Assembly (NCBI GenBank): GCA_963821795.1
Contig: CAWGFH010000004.1
Coordinates: 175,629 to 239,628, forward strand
DNA: 64,000 bases
Reading direction: 5' to 3'
From: an uncultured Alphaproteobacteria bacterium
Lineage (GTDB): Bacteria > Pseudomonadota > Alphaproteobacteria > ATCC43930 > CGMCC-115725
Shown piece by piece: positions 48,208-57,618 of the stretch. Position 1 is the first letter of the stretch, and every line of letters starts with the position of its first letter. Made by a program: the position numbers and the translations under genes. The notes under the pieces were generated by a model that worked only from the letters and a program-made list of their open reading frames with translations, did not search any database and was not told the origin of the DNA.

Positions 48208-49809
48208 GTGGCTGTCTTAGCCGCCCGACACTTGCGGGCTGCTGCGCTGCTGCTGGTGCTCGCGTGCAGCGGGTGCATGGTCGGCCCGGACTATAAATCG
48301 CCCACCGTCCCCGCCGCCGCCAAATTTCTCGAGGCGAACCAGCCTTCGGTCGTCACTAAGGCACAAGAGTACGAAAACTGGTGGCGCGTCTTTAATGACC
48401 CGGTCCTCGACCGGCTGGTCACCATCGCCTACAACCAGAACCTGACCCTGGTCGCTGCGGGGACCCGAGTGCTGCAGGCGCGCGCCGAACTGGGGGTGGC
48501 GATTGGCGATTTTTATCCGCAGTCGCAGCAGGCGACGAGCTCGCTGATTTATGCCCGGCCGAGCCACGCCGATCCAACCGCGACTCCGCAGAGTCAGGTC
48601 TCCGGCTTTTGGCGCGCGTCGCTCGGCGCGTCGATCGATTGGGAATTGGATTTCTGGGGCAAGTTCCGACGCGCCATCCAATCGGCAGATGCCGCCTATC
48701 TCGCCTCGATCGCTTCTTATGACGATGCCTTGGTGACGTTGCTCGGCGATGTGGCTACGACCTATATCGGCATACGCACCTTGCAGACGCAAATCGCCAT
48801 CGCCCAGGACAACATCGTCAAGCAAAAGAAGGCGCTGGCGATCGCCGAAGCGCGGTTTCATGGCGGGGTCGCGACAAAACTCGACGTCTACCAGGCGGAG
48901 AACGTCCTTGGTCAAACCGAAGCGGCGGTGCCGCAGCTGACCGCCGAGCTGAAGCAGGGCTTGAACGCGTTGAGCGTATTGCTAGGCATGGCGCCGCAGC
49001 CGCTCGACAATCTGCTGCGCGGGCCGCAGACGATCCCGGTGCCGCCGCCAACCGTTGCGGTCGGCATTCCCGCCGATCTCGTTCGTCGCCGCCCCGACAT
49101 CCGCGCGGCCGAGCTGGCGGCGATGTCGCAAAGTGCACAGATCGGCTTCGCCGAGGCAAATCTCTACCCGGCGTTCAGCCTGTTCGGGACCTTTGGCACG
49201 ATCTCCGCCAACGTCAACGGCAACAAGCTCAGCGATCTGTTCATGGGCAAAGGGATCACCTTTGGTTTCGGCCCCACCTTTCAGTGGAACATCCTGAACT
49301 ACGGGCAGATCACCAATACGGTGCGGGTTCAGGACGCGAAATTGCAGGAATTGCTGGTCGACTATCAGAATTCGGTGCTGACCGCGCAACAACAGGTCGA
49401 AAACGGACTCGCGACCTTTCTTGAATCGCGCAAGGAGGTAGACGATCTGCGACGCAGCGTCGCCGCCGCCAACGCGGCGGTCGGGCTCGCCATTTTGCAA
49501 TATCAGCTCGGCACGCGCGATTTCACGACCGTGCTGACGGCGGAGCAGAACCTCTATACCGCGCAAAACGACCTGGCTACCGCCGAAGGAAACGTTTCAA
49601 CCGGGCTCGCTGCGGTCTATCGGGCGTTGGGGGGAGGATGGCAGATCCGCGACAGCAACGAGTTCGTCCCGGCGCAGACCGTCGAGGAGATGCGCGAGCG
49701 CACCAATTGGGGCGATCTGCTGCCCTCCCCGAACCAACCGCCGCAGCCGGCGCCGGGCCTGCCGACCCCCGCCGATGTCAGCGCCAAGGTTCGGCCGCCG
49801 GAATGGTGA
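48208..49809 (+). CDS. RND efflux outer-membrane factor lipoprotein (NodT family)
   Basis: Lipobox LVLACSGC followed by MVGPDYKSP. 533 aa if GTG 48208 is the start (the tracked ORF opens at 48106). Confidence 0.85.
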   Translation: MAVLAARHLRAAALLLVLACSGCMVGPDYKSPTVPAAAKFLEANQPSVVTKAQEYENWWRVFNDPVLDRLVTIAYNQNLTLVAAGTRVLQARAELGVAIGDFYPQSQQATSSLIYARPSHADPTATPQSQVSGFWRASLGASIDWELDFWGKFRRAIQSADAAYLASIASYDDALVTLLGDVATTYIGIRTLQTQIAIAQDNIVKQKKALAIAEARFHGGVATKLDVYQAENVLGQTEAAVPQLTAELKQGLNALSVLLGMAPQPLDNLLRGPQTIPVPPPTVAVGIPADLVRRRPDIRAAELAAMSQSAQIGFAEANLYPAFSLFGTFGTISANVNGNKLSDLFMGKGITFGFGPTFQWNILNYGQITNTVRVQDAKLQELLVDYQNSVLTAQQQVENGLATFLESRKEVDDLRRSVAAANAAVGLAILQYQLGTRDFTTVLTAEQNLYTAQNDLATAEGNVSTGLAAVYRALGGGWQIRDSNEFVPAQTVEEMRERTNWGDLLPSPNQPPQPAPGLPTPADVSAKVRPPEW

Positions 49810-49816
49810 GAGCGAC

Positions 49817-51022
49817 ATGAGCAGGCTTTCGATCCGGCGCGGTTTTGCCCTCGCGGCCGTAGCGGCAACGCTCGCGGTCGTCGCAGCGTTCGGTGCCGCA
49901 GGTCTCCGGGCCGCACGAGCGCAATTGCCGGCGCCGAGCGCGTCGACGCCGGTCCCGTTCGTGCTGCCCAAATTGCAATCGGTCACCAGTTACGTCGAAA
50001 TCACCGGCAATGCCGCGGCGGTCAACGATGCCAAGCTGGTTGCACGGGTCGAGGGCTATCTCGAGCAAATCCACTACCAGGACGGCCAGTTTGTCAGAAA
50101 AGGCGATCTGCTGTTCACGATCCAACAGGCCCCCTACAAGCAGCAACTCGAGCAGGCCCATGCCCAAGTTTTGACCGCGCAGGCTTCGCTGCTCTACGCA
50201 AAGACCGAGCTTGCCCGGTATTCCGCACTGGTGAAAAAGGACGCTGCGACCCAGACCGAGGTCGACCATTGGGCATTCGAGCGGGCAAGCGCCGAAGCAC
50301 AACTGCTGAGCGCCAAAGCGCAGGTGCAAATCGACGAGGTCAATCTGGGCTACACCGAGGTCAGGGCGCCGTTCGACGGCATCGTCGGCAAACATCTGAT
50401 CGACCCGGGAAACGTCGTCGGCGGAGGCGGACAGCAGGCGGCGCTGGCTGAGATCACCCAGCTCGACCCGATCTATGTCGTCGCCAATCTTTCCGAGCAG
50501 CAGGTTCTGAAGATCCGGCAGAACCTCGATCAGCACCGGCTGACCCTGGCCGATCTGCACAAGGTACCGGTCGATGTCGGACTGTCAGACGAGCAGGGCT
50601 TTCCGCATCGCGGCACGATCGAATATGTGGCGCCGCAGCTTGATCCGGCGACTGGGACGTTGCTGGTGCGGGGCATTCTGTCCAATCCCGACCGCCAGCT
50701 CCTTCCGGGATTTTTCGTGCGCATGCGTCTGCCGATGGGCAAGGTCGACCGCAATGCGCTGGTCGTGCCCGATCGCGCGCTGCAGACCGATCAGGGCGGG
50801 ACTTATCTGCTGGTCCTCGACAATAGCGACGTGGTGCGGCAGCGTTACGTCCAACTCGGGTCACTGATGGGGGCGCTGCGCGTCGTGACATCGGGCCTGT
50901 CGCCGGAGGACCGGGTAGTCGTCGGCGATTTGTGGCGCGCGACGCCAGGGACTAAGGTAACGCCGCAGCCGACCACCATCGAAGCCGTCACCGGGTCGGC
51001 GGGTCCGGGGTCGCAGCAATGA
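49817..51022 (+). CDS. RND efflux periplasmic adaptor (membrane fusion protein)
   Basis: ATG at 49817, 8 nt after the OMF stop. ..GYLEQIHYQDGQFVRKGDLLFTIQQAPYKQQLEQA..VNLGYTEVRAPFDGIVG... Confidence 0.85.
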   Translation: MSRLSIRRGFALAAVAATLAVVAAFGAAGLRAARAQLPAPSASTPVPFVLPKLQSVTSYVEITGNAAAVNDAKLVARVEGYLEQIHYQDGQFVRKGDLLFTIQQAPYKQQLEQAHAQVLTAQASLLYAKTELARYSALVKKDAATQTEVDHWAFERASAEAQLLSAKAQVQIDEVNLGYTEVRAPFDGIVGKHLIDPGNVVGGGGQQAALAEITQLDPIYVVANLSEQQVLKIRQNLDQHRLTLADLHKVPVDVGLSDEQGFPHRGTIEYVAPQLDPATGTLLVRGILSNPDRQLLPGFFVRMRLPMGKVDRNALVVPDRALQTDQGGTYLLVLDNSDVVRQRYVQLGSLMGALRVVTSGLSPEDRVVVGDLWRATPGTKVTPQPTTIEAVTGSAGPGSQQ

Positions 51023-54000
51023 TCTCGAAGTTTTTTATCGAGCATCCAGTCCTCGCCAACGTCCTGGCGATCGTTCTGGTGTTGATTGGCGCCATCTGCG
51101 TGTTCCGGCTGCCAGTCGCGCAATACCCGAACATCGTGCCACCGACGGTACAGGTGACGACCCGCTACCCCGGCGCCAGCCCGCAGACCGTCGTTGATAC
51201 GATTGCGCTCCCGATCGAGCTGCAGGTGAACGGCGTCCCGGGCATGATCTACATGCAGTCGACGAGCGCCTATGACGGCACCTATACGCTGACGGTCAGC
51301 TTCCAGATCGGCAGCGATCCCAACATGGACCAGGTTCTGGTGCAGAACCGCGTGCAGAACGCGATGGCCCAGCTGCCCCAGGCGGCCCAAGCGCAGGGCG
51401 TTTCGATCCGCGCAAAATCCGCGTCGATCCTCCTGTTCGTCACGCTCAATTCGCCGGACAATTCGCGCGACGCACTTTTCCTCTACAACTACGCGACGAT
51501 TAATTTGGTCAACGAGCTGGCGCGGTTGCCGGGTGTCGGCAATGTCATAGTGATGGGCGCCGGCCAATATTCGATGCGGATCTGGATGGATCCGAGCAAG
51601 CTTTACTCGTTCGGTCTGGTGCCGAGCGACGTTGTCCGCGTTATCCGGCAGCAGAGCCAGGAGGTCGCCGCCGGCCAAGTCGGCATGCCGCCGGCCCCGC
51701 CTGACCAGGCATTTCAATACACCGTTGACGTCAAGTCGCGGTTCGACAACCCGGAGGAATTCGCCAACATCATCGTTAAGGACCAGACCGCCCAAGGCGG
51801 GCGCCTAGTGCGGCTCAAGGATATCGGCCGCATCGATATGGGGGCGCAGACCTATTCCCAGGACTTTAAGCTCGATGGCAAGCCGGCCGCTGGCATCGCG
51901 GTCTATCAGACCCCCGACGCCAATTCCTTGAAGGTCGCAGCGGAAGTTGACGCCAAAATGAAGGAGCTGAAGGCTCACTTTCCGCCCGGCTTAGACTACA
52001 GCATTCCCTACAACACGACGATCTTTATCAAGGAGTCGATCAACGGCGTCTACACCACTTTGTGGCAGGCCGGGGTTCTGGTGTTGATCGTCATCCTGGT
52101 ATTCCTGCAGAACTTTCGTGCTGTCATGGTGCCGGCGACAACGGTGCCGGTCACCATTATCGGAGCCTTCGCCGGTATGGCCGCCCTCGGCTACACCGTC
52201 AACCTTTCCACCCTGTTCGCGCTGGTTCTGGCGATCGGTATCGTGGTCGACGACGCGATCGTGATTGTCGAAGGGGTATCGAAATATATCGAGCAGGGGA
52301 TGTCCGGGCACGATGCCGCGATCCGGGCGATGGACGAGTTGTTTGGCCCAATCATCGGCATAACGCTGGTGCTGATGGCGGTGTTTTTGCCGGCCTCCTT
52401 TGTACCGGGCCTGAGCGGCCAGATGTTTGCGCAGTTCGCATTGGTGATCGCGGCGACGGCGCTGATCAGTGCGGTCAACGCCGCCACCTTGAAGCCGACC
52501 CAGTGCGCGCTGTGGCTGCGCACCCCGAAACCGGTCGAACAGCGCAACTTCTTTTATCGCGGTTTCGAGCGCGTCTATCAGGCCGCAGAACGGTCGTACA
52601 CCGGATTGATCGGCCATATGGTGCGGGTGAGCGGCATCACAGTGCTGGTGGGCGTGTTGCTGGCGGCTGTGGGCATCTGGGGTATCGCCCGCCTGCCGAC
52701 CGCCTTTATCCCCAACGAAGATCAGGGCTATCTGATGATCGGGGCGCTGTTGCCGGACAGCGCATCGCTCGGCCGCACTCGGGCGGCGCTCGATAACGCG
52801 ACAAAATTGGCCTTGGCCACACCCGGCGTCGAGAAGGTCATCGCGATCTCCGGCCTGTCCGTGCTCGATAATTTTGCCGATCTCGCCAATGCCGGCGTCT
52901 GTTTTGTCATGCTCAAGCCATGGGACCAACGAAGCAAGCGGCAGGGCACCGACATCCTGTCGATCGCCGAGCACCTGCAGGAGAAGCTTAATGCGGCTCC
53001 TGACGGCCACCTTTTTGTTCTGGCGCCACCCCCGATCCAGGGGATCGGCAATGCCGGCGGCTTTCAGATGCAGACGGTGCTGCTGGGCGGCAGCTTCGAC
53101 TACCAGAAGCTCAGCGACGGTGCCGAGGCGGTCGTCAAGGCCGCCAACGCCAACCCCGGTTTACAGCACGTTTTGACAACATTCCGACCCGGTGCTCCGC
53201 AGGTCAGGGTGACCGTCGACCGCGACCGCGCTGAAACCTTGCGCGTCTCGGTGGGCGACGTGTTCTCGGCGCTGACCGACTATCTGGGTTCAACTTACGT
53301 CAACCAGTTCAACAAATACGGTCAGTTATTTCAAGTTTACGTGCAGGCCAATTCTAAGTATCGCCTCAAGCCGGACGACCTGCTGAACCTCTACGTTCGC
53401 AGCCAAGACAACCAGATGGTGCCGATCGGCGCGGTGGCGCATCTGAGCTCGACATTGGCGCCGCCGCTGATCACGCTTTACAACCTTTTTCCCTCCGCCA
53501 CGGTGGTCGGCGCTCCGGCACGCGGTTTTAGCTCCGGGCAGGCGTTGTCGCTGATGGAAACCATCGCCAACAAGACCTTGCCGCCGGGCATGTCGTTCGA
53601 GTGGACGACGATGGCTTATCAAGAAAAGCTGTCCGGAAACCAGCTTTACTACTTGTTCGGATTGTCGGTATTACTGGTCTACCTGTGTCTGGCCGGCCAA
53701 TACGAAAGCTGGATTTTGCCGCTCGCGGTACTGTCGGCGGTGCCTCTGGCGCTGCTCGGACCGGTCATGGCGCTCACCAGCCTCGGCGTCGCCAACAACC
53801 TCTATACCCAGATCGGGCTCATTCTGATGATCGCCCTGTCGGCGAAAAACGGCATTCTGATCGTCGAGATGGCACGTGAAGGGCGCCTCGTCCGCGGTTT
53901 GCCGATCCTCGAAGCAGCGGTCGAGGCCTCGCGCTCGCGCTTTCGCCCGATCCTGATGACGTCGTTCGCCTTTGGCATGGGGGTATTGCCGCTGGTGTTG

Positions 54001-54192
54001 TCGACCGGCGCCGGCGCGAGTGCCGATATTTCGCTGGGGTTGAGCGTGCTCAGCGGCATCATCGCCTCGACCTGTCTTGCCGTCTGTTCGTACCGTCTTT
54101 TTTTACGGTATTGCAGCGCCTTGAAGAGGCACGCAAGGCGCGTAAACAGCCGAAAGCATCTCGAACCGGTCCAAACCGGCACCGCCGAGTAG
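51019..54192 (+). CDS. RND efflux permease (HAE1/AcrB type); the last 35 or so codons appear frame-shifted
   Basis: 1057-aa ORF opening MISKFFIEHPVLANVLAIVLVLIG. Its start overlaps the MFP stop. The C-terminal problem is described in the findings. Confidence 0.9.
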   Translation: MISKFFIEHPVLANVLAIVLVLIGAICVFRLPVAQYPNIVPPTVQVTTRYPGASPQTVVDTIALPIELQVNGVPGMIYMQSTSAYDGTYTLTVSFQIGSDPNMDQVLVQNRVQNAMAQLPQAAQAQGVSIRAKSASILLFVTLNSPDNSRDALFLYNYATINLVNELARLPGVGNVIVMGAGQYSMRIWMDPSKLYSFGLVPSDVVRVIRQQSQEVAAGQVGMPPAPPDQAFQYTVDVKSRFDNPEEFANIIVKDQTAQGGRLVRLKDIGRIDMGAQTYSQDFKLDGKPAAGIAVYQTPDANSLKVAAEVDAKMKELKAHFPPGLDYSIPYNTTIFIKESINGVYTTLWQAGVLVLIVILVFLQNFRAVMVPATTVPVTIIGAFAGMAALGYTVNLSTLFALVLAIGIVVDDAIVIVEGVSKYIEQGMSGHDAAIRAMDELFGPIIGITLVLMAVFLPASFVPGLSGQMFAQFALVIAATALISAVNAATLKPTQCALWLRTPKPVEQRNFFYRGFERVYQAAERSYTGLIGHMVRVSGITVLVGVLLAAVGIWGIARLPTAFIPNEDQGYLMIGALLPDSASLGRTRAALDNATKLALATPGVEKVIAISGLSVLDNFADLANAGVCFVMLKPWDQRSKRQGTDILSIAEHLQEKLNAAPDGHLFVLAPPPIQGIGNAGGFQMQTVLLGGSFDYQKLSDGAEAVVKAANANPGLQHVLTTFRPGAPQVRVTVDRDRAETLRVSVGDVFSALTDYLGSTYVNQFNKYGQLFQVYVQANSKYRLKPDDLLNLYVRSQDNQMVPIGAVAHLSSTLAPPLITLYNLFPSATVVGAPARGFSSGQALSLMETIANKTLPPGMSFEWTTMAYQEKLSGNQLYYLFGLSVLLVYLCLAGQYESWILPLAVLSAVPLALLGPVMALTSLGVANNLYTQIGLILMIALSAKNGILIVEMAREGRLVRGLPILEAAVEASRSRFRPILMTSFAFGMGVLPLVLSTGAGASADISLGLSVLSGIIASTCLAVCSYRLFLRYCSALKRHARRVNSRKHLEPVQTGTAE

Positions 54193-54234
54193 TCAGCAGT
54201 GAATTGGGGCGCGAGCAACCGACGGCGCCGGCTA

Positions 54235-54836
54235 TCAGCTTTTCAAATGGCTGATGTCGTTCCACAATCGGATGACCGGCTCGGCGAGGTTGTGCTCGTA
54301 GCCGAGAATGCTGAGGCTCGCCGTGCCTAGCACAAAATAACGGCCGCCGGAGGTCAGGCAATCCTAGCCAGCACGCGGCAAGAACGCGGGTGAAATGTGC
54401 GCGCTCGAGACGAGCAAGATATTCCCGTGCACCGCCCGGATACGGCGACGACGCGATCGGCGCGGTCGCCAATTTGGTCCGGTGATTCTCCGCCGGGCGC
54501 GCCATCGCGGAACAATTGCCAGTCCGGGTGTTCCGTCAGGATTTCGGCGGTTCGGCGGCCTTCGTAATCGCCGTAATCCCATTCGGCGAGGTCGGGCTCG
54601 ATTTCGGCGGCGGCGCCAAATCCGGCGAGTTCGGCAGGTCCGCACCGCGCGTTGTGACGGGCTGGTCAGAACCTTCGCGAGGACCAAGCCCCGTAAGCGC
54701 TCGCTTAGCGCTCGGGCCTGAAGTTCGCCGTTTTCGGTCAACGGTAGTCGGTGCGGCCGGTGTGCTGGCCGGATAGGGTCCAGGCGGTCTCGCCATGCCG
54801 CGCGAGATATATGAGAAGCGGCAGCGGTTCGCTCAT
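54235..54836 (-). pseudogene. Histidine-phosphatase (phosphoglycerate-mutase-like) family protein with at least 5 frame changes in 600 nt
   Basis: ATG at 54836 after AGGAGA. MSEPLPLLIYLARHGETAWTLSGQHTGRTD / LPLTENGELQARALSERL..LTSPSQRAVRTC / ELAGFGAAAEIEPDLAEWDYGDYEG..GESPDQIGDRADRVVA / RIRAVHGNILLVSS / AHFTRVLAA.WLGLP / ..GRYFVLGTASLSILGYEH..IRLWNDISHLKS* are spread over all three frames. Confidence 0.75.
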
Positions 54837-54839
54837 GAT

Positions 54840-55856
54840 TCTCTCCTGTCGAGGAATCGCGGAACGGAGGGCGCAGCTTCCGCGAATAGCCAGACGGCGC
54901 CACGCCGACAGCCTTGTGAATTCGACGATTTGCCAGGCGCCGAGCGCCGGCAGGCCGATCGTCAAGTCGCGTGCCCGCTTCAACAACGAAAGGGCCAGCG
55001 CCATCTCCGGCGCCAGCCCGAAGTCGGTGCCGATCAGTACATACGCGCCCTCCTGCACCCCGACTGCGTTCGGCAGATTGCAAAGGCGAAGGTGCGGACC
55101 GCGTAGAGCAGGCTCTCGATCACCAGCACTGTCTTGAACGGTAGCGGGGCACCGGCGAGACGCAGCGCGATCCAGGCTTCGAGGTGCGCCGGCGATCCAA
55201 CAGCCAGATGAAGAAAAAAGCCGACCCACAGCCTCGGCCTGGCTTGTAGGTGCGCAGTAACGCGGCGTGCAACGCAGCCGAGCCCTCGCTATCCGTTCCG
55301 CCCAACCGCGCCCGAGTATGCCGGCGAGCCGATCGAACAGACCAAAGCCGCGGTGCTGCGCCATGACAAACCCGACTGCCACCAGGCCGGTGGCGCGAGG
55401 CCTCCGGCGAGCGGCAAGGCGATCTCCGAACTGGGGCGCAGGCTGATCAGGAAAACCAGCCCAAGAGCCGTATAGGCTAGCTTGGCGAAAAACTCGACGG
55501 TGAGGTCAACAATCGTGCTGGCCGCCGCCGTCGAAGCCGGCACGCCGGAGAGCGATAATGCGCGTGCGCCGAGGACGCATCCGCCGACCGGCGAAAGCGG
55601 CAGCACTTCCGACCCGGCGTCGCGCAGATAAGCGGGCGGCGACAAGAAGGGTCAGGTCTGCGCCTCCGGCACCAATCCGCGCCAGGCGAGGCCCATAACG
55701 GCGATCAGCGCGAGTTGGATCAGGCAGATACGCGAGAAATCCCTGCCAACCGATCGAAACCAGCGAGCGAAACACGGCGCCGGCGCCAAATGCCGCGATC
55801 AGCGCCGCCATCACGGCGAGGCCCGCTAGGGCCGCAATCAGCGGGACGGCCTTCAT
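54840..55856 (-). pseudogene. UPF0104 / lysylphosphatidylglycerol-synthase-TM-region (flippase-like) membrane protein with several frame changes; 3' end approximate
   Basis: MKAVPLIAALAGLAVMAALIAAFGAGAVFRSLVSIGWQGF (ORF 55506-55856) continues in ORF 55289-55645 (..VLPLSPVGGCVLGARALSLSG..) and then ORF 54738-55382 (..AVGVQEGAYVLIGTDFGLAPEMALALSLLKRARDL..). No in-frame stop precedes the next gene. Confidence 0.6.
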
Positions 55857-55922
55857 GCCCGTTTTGCGAAGGCCACGACGGAGCGAGAGGGCGGCCGGCG
55901 CTGTCCGCCGGTGCCCGATCCG

Positions 55923-56315
55923 CTAGTAAGGCGGCGGATAGTAGTAGGGCGGGGGATAATAGTAGGGTGCCGCATAGGCCGAAGACGCGGCCGCGGCGCC
56001 GACCGCGACCCCCGCCGCCACGCCCACGGCGGCGCCGGCAACGGCCCCGCCGCCATAATAGCCGCCGCGATAGGCGGTTCCGCCATAATAGCCGCCGTGA
56101 TAGGCGGTTCCGCCGTAAGCACCGCGATAAGCGGTGTTGCCCGCGGGGCCGCGCACAGCGGCGGCGCCGTTAGGGCCGCGCACTGCGGTCGTCCCCATTG
56201 GCCCGCGATAGGCGGCTCCGCCATAGGCGCCATGAACCGCTCCCCAGCCGAACGCGTGCGGCGCCGCCGATACCGCCAAGAAAGCGCCTAAGATGAAGAC
56301 CACCAGCCGGTTCAT
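55923..56315 (-). CDS. Secreted Gly/Tyr/Ala-rich low-complexity protein (130 aa) with decapeptide repeats and a C-terminal PYYYPPPYYYPPPY tail
   Basis: ATG at 56315 overlaps the stop of the upstream gene (ATGA). Signal MNRLVVFILGAFLAVSAAPHAFG. The body has AYRGP.., GGTAYHGGYYGGTAYRGGYYGG. Confidence 0.6.
   Translation of the reverse strand: MNRLVVFILGAFLAVSAAPHAFGWGAVHGAYGGAAYRGPMGTTAVRGPNGAAAVRGPAGNTAYRGAYGGTAYHGGYYGGTAYRGGYYGGGAVAGAAVGVAAGVAVGAAAASSAYAAPYYYPPPYYYPPPY
56051..56140. repeat. Three tandem 30-bp units inside the Gly/Tyr-rich gene (units 1 and 2 differ at one base; unit 3 has diverged)
   Basis: CGCCATAATAGCCGCCGCGATAGGCGGTTC (56051-56080) versus CGCCATAATAGCCGCCGTGATAGGCGGTTC (56081-56110), then CGCCGTAAGCACCGCGATAAGCGGTGTTGC. 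Confidence 0.8.
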
Positions 56316-57178
56316 GGCTTCTTCTCCTTCGCCTTGGCGGGCGCTGCGGCAGCGGGCGACTTCAAAGCCACCGGAACCGCTCCGGCCGGTGGTTGAAAAA
56401 CAAAATCCGCATCCGCCGGGTGGACCGAGAAGTTCCAGTTGGAAAACTGAGCGACGAAGTCGGGCTGTCCTGGCAGCGAGCGGTAGGTCGCGATGAGCCG
56501 GCGCGGAAGCGACTGATCGTTTTTCTCCACCCACAGTTCTAAGTCAATCCCGGGCGGCTGCGAGAAGAACAGATGCAGGCAGGGAACGCCGTCGATCATC
56601 ACCGTGTTGACCACCCGTCCCGAAGTCACCCCGGACAGAATCGCCTTGGCCGGTACGTCGGTCAGAAAATCAGCCAGCGGAAAGTCGACACCCAGGCGGC
56701 CCATCGCCACCTTCATCATGCCCTCGATCGTGTCGGGCACCGGAATGGTGACGTATTTATTCGCGCCACCCATGTAGATGACGACGGTCTTGCCGTCATA
56801 GACGAGCTTGCCTGGCCCGTCGTCGCCGTTCCGGTCGACCAGCAGGCGATCGGGGCGGCGCACGGTTACGTTCAGGGTATGAAAGATGTGCAGGAGTTCG
56901 CCGTCCTTCTCGGCGTAGACGCGGAGCGTCTGCGCCTGGAACGAGAACGCTTTGGACTGCAAGGTCTGGCCCATTTGCGTCAGCGCGGCGCTTGCCTCCG
57001 GGCTGATCGCCGGTTTCGCCTGGGTGGCGGCCGGCGAGACCGAGACCGTCAATGGACCAAGACCGGCCAACCCGCACGCCACTAGCGCGCCTAGCATCGC
57101 CACATGTCGAAGCTTCACGACGTTCCTCCGCGGGTTCTGGTATTCGGGACCTGGTCCGCCGCCGGGGCGGCTAGCCAT
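56312..57178 (-). CDS. DUF2092-type periplasmic protein (LolA-like fold family)
   Basis: 288-aa ORF with signal-like VAMLGALVACGLAG. ..FSFQAQTLRVYAEKDGELLHIFHTLNVTVRRPDRL..GKTVVIYMGGANKYVTIPVPDTIEGMM..DFLTDVP.. resembles DUF2092. The start is uncertain (57178 or GTG about 57118). Confidence 0.65.
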   Translation of the reverse strand: MASRPGGGPGPEYQNPRRNVVKLRHVAMLGALVACGLAGLGPLTVSVSPAATQAKPAISPEASAALTQMGQTLQSKAFSFQAQTLRVYAEKDGELLHIFHTLNVTVRRPDRLLVDRNGDDGPGKLVYDGKTVVIYMGGANKYVTIPVPDTIEGMMKVAMGRLGVDFPLADFLTDVPAKAILSGVTSGRVVNTVMIDGVPCLHLFFSQPPGIDLELWVEKNDQSLPRRLIATYRSLPGQPDFVAQFSNWNFSVHPADADFVFQPPAGAVPVALKSPAAAAPAKAKEKKP

Positions 57179-57563
57179 GCGCAGATGGGTGTAAGGCTTG
57201 GCGGAAGGCCTGCGGCACGGTCAGATTAGGCGCCGCCACACACTGATGCATAACTTTCGCGATGTTGCCCTCGATCCGGTTGACATCGATGACATAAAGC
57301 CCCGCTTTGGCCGCGAGATAGCCATAATAGAACATCGCCACGGCGGCGCGATCGTCGTCAGAGGCCTTGAGCAAATCCGAACAGCGCACGCGCTCGACGT
57401 TCCACCGGCCCGGAGCGATTTGGGCCTCGGGTGGCGGCGGTGCCGGGGAGGCCGCGGTCGGTGGTGGCGGTGCCGCCGCCGGCGGAGCTGCTGGCGTCGC
57501 CGCTTGGACAGCGGCGGCCGCCAAGCTCAGCGCTAGCAGCACAGCCGAGAGCTGCTTTTGCAT
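57171..57563 (-). CDS. Secreted protein with Pro/Ala-rich linker and HdeA/HdeB-like C-terminal domain
   Basis: ATG at 57563. Signal MQKQLSAVLLALSLAAAAVQA. Two Cys (VRCSDLL, HQCVAAP) flank ..AAVAMFYYGYLAAK... The HdeA-like call is tentative. Confidence 0.45.
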   Translation of the reverse strand: MQKQLSAVLLALSLAAAAVQAATPAAPPAAAPPPPTAASPAPPPPEAQIAPGRWNVERVRCSDLLKASDDDRAAVAMFYYGYLAAKAGLYVIDVNRIEGNIAKVMHQCVAAPNLTVPQAFRQALHPSAHG

Positions 57564-57618
57564 GATGATCGCTCCGTGTGTGGTCCGATTCGATCGGCCG
57601 GTCAACGGCTCACCGCTA

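Noticed and set aside
54738-55382. 214-aa ORF that looks like a single protein
   Set aside because: It fuses the tail of the frame-shifted UPF0104 membrane protein to the first 32 residues (MSEPLPLLIYLARHGETAW..) of the histidine phosphatase, because the intervening stop is lost.
55715-56173. Arg-rich 152-aa plus-strand ORF with RRDRRF repeats
   Set aside because: It is the antisense reading of the 30-bp repeats of the Gly/Tyr-rich gene. The minus-strand ORF has a signal peptide and is translationally coupled to its neighbour.
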